Below, piece after piece: positions 63,236 to 64,000 of a stretch of DNA of 64,000 nucleotides (its first letter is position 1; each line of letters opens with the position of its first letter). The notes below the pieces were generated by a model. That model was not told the origin of the DNA, searched no databases, and saw only the letters and a program-made list of their open reading frames with translations. Origin of the DNA: Octopus bimaculoides (Eukaryota); contig NC_068988.1 of the NCBI RefSeq assembly GCF_001194135.2, positions 85,147,437 through 85,211,436 on the forward strand, given 5' to 3'. A program made the translations under genes and the position numbers.

Positions 63236-63345
63236 GAATAAAAGAAATTAAATCTGAATTTGTTTAACAATAAAATACAACTTACATCATTATAATCATA
63301 ATTCACATCTTGTATGTCTTCATCTGTTGTTAGTTTGTCAACCAA
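5507..63345 (-). CDS. IFT74: Intraflagellar transport protein 74 homolog, 5'-partial, 15 coding exons in window (span includes introns)
   Basis: The manually spliced minus-strand exons give a 443-aa coiled-coil protein collinear with the vertebrate IFT74 C-terminal region as I recall it. Examples: LVDKLTTDEDIQDVNYDYND ~ [46 protein letters not shown] ~ [41 protein letters not shown] ~ LTNLERKWQHLEQNN. All introns are GT-AG with matching phases. Confidence 0.96.
7192..7252 (-). CDS. IFT74: IFT74 penultimate exon, [20 protein letters not shown], 61 nt, phase 0/1
   Basis: tttttctttcag|CTT acceptor, AAT|gtatcc donor. Confidence 0.95.
7769..8810 (+). mobile_element. Helentron/HINE-like non-autonomous element interrupted by a 690-bp cargo
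   Basis: 5' taacaagagcactcagagagcggaaacctctgccaagg; 3' ...tgaaagtttcatccaaatccatccagcggttc...aacaatacctcc. The 3' terminal hairpin is not intact. Class assignment is from recalled motif similarity. Confidence 0.55.
8030..8200 (-). mobile_element. Gypsy/Ty3 integrase C-terminal (GPY/F) remnant
   Basis: YAGPFCFLSCTNKFFTIDLNGRKDIISVDRLK resembles the Y.GP(Y/F)...T..(V/I)S.DRLK integrase tail. Confidence 0.7.
8820..9055 (+). mobile_element. R4/Dong-like LINE 3' end
   Basis: IRIDMKVEHAQKTALLGT, then a 3'UTR and (AAT)n. Confidence 0.7.
9056..9260 (-). mobile_element. tRNA-derived SINE family (ggcgagctggcagaatcgttagcacg...)
   Basis: Best plus-strand copy at 19955-20175. Minus-strand copies at ~10510-10640, 35190-35330, 41990-42120, 52490-52670, 57470-57658, 58371-58585 and 59150-59605 (two in tandem). 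Confidence 0.85.
9261..10496 (+). mobile_element. Decayed R4/Dong-like non-LTR retrotransposon reverse transcriptase
   Basis: VSNYRPITCL, FQGDSLSPLLF, NHLLYM, FGVDKC and RRIRKLLKTKLNGGN motifs, with stops and frameshifts. Confidence 0.85.
10661..11900 (+). mobile_element. Decayed RTE-clade LINE reverse transcriptase
   Basis: STTDAIFLVRHLQEKYLAKNKPLYLAFVDMEKA, VGVHQG, LRYADDLVL, GLRVNLAKT; further RTE 3' fragment at ~14400-14620. Confidence 0.88.
12567..12787. mobile_element. Tc1/mariner-type MITE
   Basis: TA-flanked; TIRs CAGGGTGCAA...; imperfect ~35-bp inverted ends. Confidence 0.75.
13378..13770 (+). mobile_element. tRNA-derived SINE with internal (TG/TA)n microsatellite, dominant family
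   Basis: Head ggctgtgtggtaagaagcttgct...gggttcaatc (A/B boxes), tail ...tgaaacaaataaaa. Copies at ~417-575(-), 16720-17340(-), 20615-20790(-), 22680-22825(+), 23870-24025(-), 25180-25345(-), 26100-26200(+), 50535-50690(+), 50785-51190(-), 51830-52015(+), 53735-53850(-) and 60950-61590(-). Confidence 0.88.
15243..15470 (+). mobile_element. tRNA-head repeat with (AAT)n and Penelope-like hammerhead remnant
   Basis: A box TGCTGTAGTGG, B box GAGTTTGATTCC; CTGATGA at 15412-15418 followed by a GGCTG/CAGCC stem. Confidence 0.55.
15530..16430 (-). mobile_element. Decayed mariner (SETMAR/Hsmar1-like) transposase
   Basis: HTH region (AAETARDIN, SGDLSLEDHEHSGRP), FLNCIVTCNGKW, KKVMVTVWC; many frameshifts. 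Confidence 0.88.
17920..18040. repeat. Degenerate trinucleotide low-complexity tract (GTA/GTG)n
   Basis: Similar tracts at ~1200-1300, 5650-5770, 12060-12200 and 59990-60110; (CA/TG)n, (TA)n and (GA)n arrays throughout, e.g. 30564-30632 and 63186-63232. Confidence 0.9.
18829..19054. mobile_element. piggyBac-like MITE, complete
   Basis: TTAA-CCTTTTGCA...TGCTAAAGGG-TTAA. Confidence 0.85.
20380..20600 (-). mobile_element. R4/Dong-like LINE fragment
   Basis: MKKIFSQEYYKRLRLILKTK matches the post-RT motif of the same clade as 10101-10150. Confidence 0.65.
22828..23725 (-). mobile_element. Internally deleted mariner element with both TIRs, inserted in a SINE microsatellite
   Basis: 32-bp TIRs caaggtggtatcaaaaagttcccggactagtt (2 mismatches), TA on both sides; LHPPYLPDLAPVDFHFFPKIK. 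Confidence 0.9.
24651..24879. mobile_element. piggyBac-like MITE, complete
   Basis: TTAA-CCCTTTAG...CTAAAGGG-TTAA. Confidence 0.88.
25546..25714. mobile_element. hAT-type MITE (169 bp)
   Basis: TIRs cagggcttctcaac / gctgagaaccagtg; perfect 8-bp TSD atctagtg at 25538-25545 and 25715-25722. Confidence 0.88.
26428..26563 (-). promoter_or_regulatory. Putative intronic promoter / first exon (CpG-rich, NRF1-like palindrome, ATG, strong donor)
   Basis: About 10 CpG in ~105 bp against a CpG-poor background; GCGCA-TG-TGCGC at 26529-26540; ATG at 26479-26481 open to CAA|gtaagat at 26428. Confidence 0.45.
28352..28477 (-). CDS. IFT74: IFT74 exon, KLLQDKAVLKMRTNQLRQLVEELKAVFNQQTAELADNETYTQ, 126 nt, phase 0/0
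   Basis: ttccttgtag|AAA acceptor, CAG|gtaatg donor; ends NETYTQ, similar to NETHSQ. Confidence 0.94.
31397..32749 (+). mobile_element. Probable solo LTR (~970 bp without the MITE)
   Basis: TGTA...TACA termini; CCAAT boxes, CACGTG/TGAGTCA, TATAAAAA at 31586-31593, AATAAA near 32599; CpG-rich. No matching TSD found. Confidence 0.55.
31802..32177. mobile_element. Foldback MITE with long TIRs and 8-bp TSD (Merlin- or MULE-like)
   Basis: Arms of ~160-170 bp in inverted orientation; TSD gcaacttg at 31794-31801 and 32178-32185; TIR consensus inferred as GGCGGACGTAAAGAAT after CpG decay. Confidence 0.85.
33665..33828 (-). CDS. IFT74: IFT74 exon, (E)NQKLQEDLQKVELLESK...GLKDKSECRKQ, 164 nt, phase 1/0
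   Basis: atttccag|AA acceptor, CAA|gtgagt donor; similar to IQRLQLDLQKMELLESK. Confidence 0.95.
34960..35150. repeat. Unclassified ~190-bp interspersed repeat (possibly Penelope-derived)
   Basis: Second similar copy at ~38860-39060 (agagacaagcacaagtctcttgctatagaggagatacatggctga). Confidence 0.6.
36250..36600 (-). mobile_element. CR1-type LINE 3' end
   Basis: LKLRRLAADL...TCGHVYKV...RKHFFTLRVAEVWNKLP. Confidence 0.88.
39293..40783 (-). mobile_element. Near full-length inactive mariner transposon
   Basis: YGEGAIAGRTARDWYAKFKNGNFDLKD, IVTGNEK (first catalytic D changed to N), LHNARPH (second D lost), HPPYSPDLAPSDFHLF; 5' TIR tattgggttggcaactaagt at ~40763-40783. Confidence 0.92.
41081..41204 (-). 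CDS. IFT74: IFT74 exon, NINRSSFNLPSGDQLENMKENLNYKEGELKNSESTVTNISA, 124 nt, phase 0/1
   Basis: ggttccag|AAT acceptor, CTG|gtaatg donor; similar to NINR...MMQDDLNFKSTEVQKSQST. Confidence 0.94.
42328..42384 (-). CDS. IFT74: IFT74 exon, SAINRAQVNIVNLLEKISQ, 57 nt, phase 0/0
   Basis: cgttctag|TCA acceptor, CAG|gtaagt donor; similar to IEANIVALLEHCSR. Confidence 0.88.
42425..42620 (+). mobile_element. R4/Dong-like LINE 3' end bounded by (AAT)n
   Basis: TKTPGLTNIYNIQKIALLGTAHILRKTLSIQ*; nearly identical to 58160-58355. Confidence 0.85.
42660..43830 (-). mobile_element. L1/Tx1-like LINE 3' portion
   Basis: SLAWQCY, GALPVQDKLYRHG, HAFVQCP (zf-RVT-like), FFKFHLKRKVRMERE; (ATC/ATT)n tail. Confidence 0.7.
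43850..45060 (-). mobile_element. L2/Jockey-group LINE RT and 3' region, decayed
   Basis: VPHGLNLSPPLF, TLHSS, FISFNSKKTQAL, TLYKAQV...YCSHI. Confidence 0.75.
45207..45247 (-). CDS. IFT74: IFT74 small exon, (E)FIQNFEQNKQHEQ, 41 nt, phase 1/0
   Basis: atttttacag|AA acceptor, CAG|gtatga donor; similar to FIETFEETKNQE. Confidence 0.9.
46617..46806. mobile_element. Small MITE-like element with ~26-bp inverted ends
   Basis: aatatctattcccacttaaatgtgga versus tctacatttaagtgggaataaatatt (2 mismatches). Confidence 0.65.
47849..47902 (-). CDS. IFT74: IFT74 exon, (S)EGFLKYQKLKKKEAVID(E), 54 nt, phase 1/1
   Basis: tttgtttcag|GC acceptor, ATG|gtaaga donor; similar to GEMNQKYKELKKREEHMD. Confidence 0.92.
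48126..48470. mobile_element. Foldback MITE-like element with ~130-bp imperfect inverted arms
   Basis: aacacatgcgctggctctattt...tcaatcaatcaatc...ggctagat versus atctagc...gattgattgattga...aaaacagaaccagtgcaagtgtt. Confidence 0.7.
48615..48694 (-). CDS. IFT74: IFT74 exon, LNSLHNDYERQQDDLQQLEADIQESQ, 80 nt, phase 2/1
   Basis: tattatcag|A acceptor, AGA|gtaagt donor. Confidence 0.92.
52770..53190 (-). mobile_element. RLE-type (R4/R2-like) LINE endonuclease fragment
   Basis: HNRPDIVLWD...VNCPMDVNV...KENIYGEL. Confidence 0.65.
54455..54605 (-). CDS. IFT74: IFT74 exon, (V)[49 protein letters not shown](Q), 151 nt, phase 1/2
   Basis: tatttcag|TG acceptor, CA|gtaagt donor; most diagnostic IFT74 match. 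Confidence 0.95.
55132..55165 (-). CDS. IFT74: IFT74 small exon, ELMKSPARQKA(V), 34 nt, phase 0/1
   Basis: ttttccaatag|GAA acceptor, CTG|gtatgt donor; similar to EIAHSQVKQEA; needed to link phase 0 to phase 1. Confidence 0.88.
55691..55813 (-). CDS. IFT74: IFT74 exon, EPELKKKYSKMKDINENFVEAMEKNQQAIDEQNSKVQILQE, 123 nt, phase 0/0
   Basis: cctacag|GAA acceptor, GAG|gttagt donor; open coiled-coil frame. Confidence 0.9.
55990..57180 (-). mobile_element. Decayed CR1-type LINE (RT to 3' end)
   Basis: DIIYLDFAEAFNSVP, KYADDMKLY, VRPHFEFASSVWNP, ETVQKRATR. Confidence 0.88.
57254..57332 (-). CDS. IFT74: IFT74 exon, KEKQISKLEKELSDEKELAESLINDM, 79 nt, phase 2/0
   Basis: ttttttatgtag|G acceptor, ATG|gtagga donor; similar to [26 protein letters not shown]. 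Confidence 0.93.
57723..58355 (+). mobile_element. R4/Dong-like LINE 3' end with restriction-like endonuclease motifs
   Basis: KANRPDIVVRD, EKLSKYKDLEIEVTRMW, QKIAL.GTAHIL; bounded by (AAT)n on both sides. Confidence 0.88.
58633..59145 (+). mobile_element. Second, more diverged R4/Dong-like LINE 3' end
   Basis: WYDHK, VIDVA, IEPIIVGGLG, TARIIRKVL across frameshifts. Confidence 0.75.
59895..59956 (-). CDS. IFT74: IFT74 exon, LRVQNEKEVKDIERLFEATK(E), 62 nt, phase 0/2
   Basis: tttcag|CTG acceptor, GA|gtaagt donor; similar to LKAQNDRETQSLDVIF. Confidence 0.92.
61195..61525 (+). mobile_element. tRNA-derived SINE with CORE/Meta-like central domain, nested in another SINE
   Basis: A box TGGCTCAGTGG, B box GTTTGAATCC; ttgtgttcttgagcaagacacttt...cactcagctgtagaaatgag; second copy at ~48860-49017(-). 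Confidence 0.8.
63286..63345 (-). CDS. IFT74: IFT74 exon (first in window), LVDKLTTDEDIQDVNYDYND, 60 nt, phase 0/0
   Basis: tctag|TTG acceptor, GAT|gtaag donor; peptide matches IFT74. Confidence 0.92.
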
Positions 63346-64000
63346 CTAGAAAAAAAGAATATTTACAAAGGAAGATTACAGTGAAACATAGTATAATGTC
63401 TGATACATCATCATCATCATTTACATTCCCTTTTTGTGCTTGCATAGATTAGATGGAATTTGTTGAGGTAGATGTTTTTTGACTGGATGACCTTCCTGCT
63501 GCCAACCCTCATCTGTTTCCAAAGAAGGTAATATTTCCTTATAGCCAGACATATTTTCATGGAAGATAGGAAATAAACAACATTGCTTGTATGATTGTGG
63601 TGCTTGTTAACACCCATCATGCAATATCAAGACAAGGGTATACACACACATAGGAATGTGCACAAACACAGAATACATGACAAGAGAATGAAGTATGGAA
63701 CAATTTACTTATAGCATTTTACAAGTATTTCAGTGATTATAACGTAAAATGATGTAAAATCATTTAACAAATATTTTTTTATGCACAGCATGTAAAAAGC
63801 ACTCTTTGAACATTGGGCAATATGCTGTGCTTGAGAAGACCCATCAAGTCAAGTGAAATCATAGTCGTGACAGATGCCAGTGTCATGTAACTGGTACTCA
63901 TACTGGTGCCATGTAAAAAGCACCCCTTGAACTTTGGGCCACACAGAAGCAGTGACAAGTGACTAAGACTGATGACAATATACTGTGCTTGAGAAGACCT

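Noticed and set aside
4254-63345. Long ORFs in the supplied track (e.g. 4254-5102, 26535-27383, 37329-38337, 62038-63251)
   Set aside because: They are long only because they run through N-gaps; the flanks are SINE or microsatellite sequence
1-64000. CRISPR arrays, rRNA, operon-type systems
   Set aside because: Eukaryotic intron-rich DNA; no regularly spaced repeat-spacer array or rRNA-like sequence seen

Overview
AT-rich, repeat-dense animal genomic DNA from a gapped draft assembly. The SINE families and microsatellite load look like an octopus/coleoid cephalopod (inference from recognised repeat sequences). The window holds the 3' roughly three quarters of one minus-strand gene, IFT74 (intraflagellar transport 74). 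I read 15 GT-AG coding exons by hand, from 63345 down to the stop at 5507-5509. They total 1332 nt (443 aa plus stop), and all 14 junctions are phase-compatible. The 5' exons lie beyond the right edge. The introns are filled with tRNA-derived SINEs, RTE-tail repeats, R4/Dong-, RTE-, CR1-, L2/Jockey- and L1/Tx1-type LINE fragments, decayed mariners, several MITEs, a probable solo LTR and microsatellites. No CRISPR, rRNA or true tRNA gene was found. Most ORFs in the supplied track are artefacts of N-gaps, microsatellites or TE antisense frames. The leads are hypotheses, not an established new system: (1) a CpG-rich promoter-like patch with two in-frame candidate exons inside the 21-kb IFT74 intron; (2) a Helentron-like element carrying exon-like cargo; (3) a tRNA-head repeat with a hammerhead-ribozyme remnant; (4) recurring tail-to-tail Dong-LINE/SINE junctions on (AAT)n, with one such TE cluster 8 nt from an IFT74 splice acceptor. 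Large N gaps: 4404-4966, 26564-27293, 37587-38223, 40335-40563, 62310-63185.
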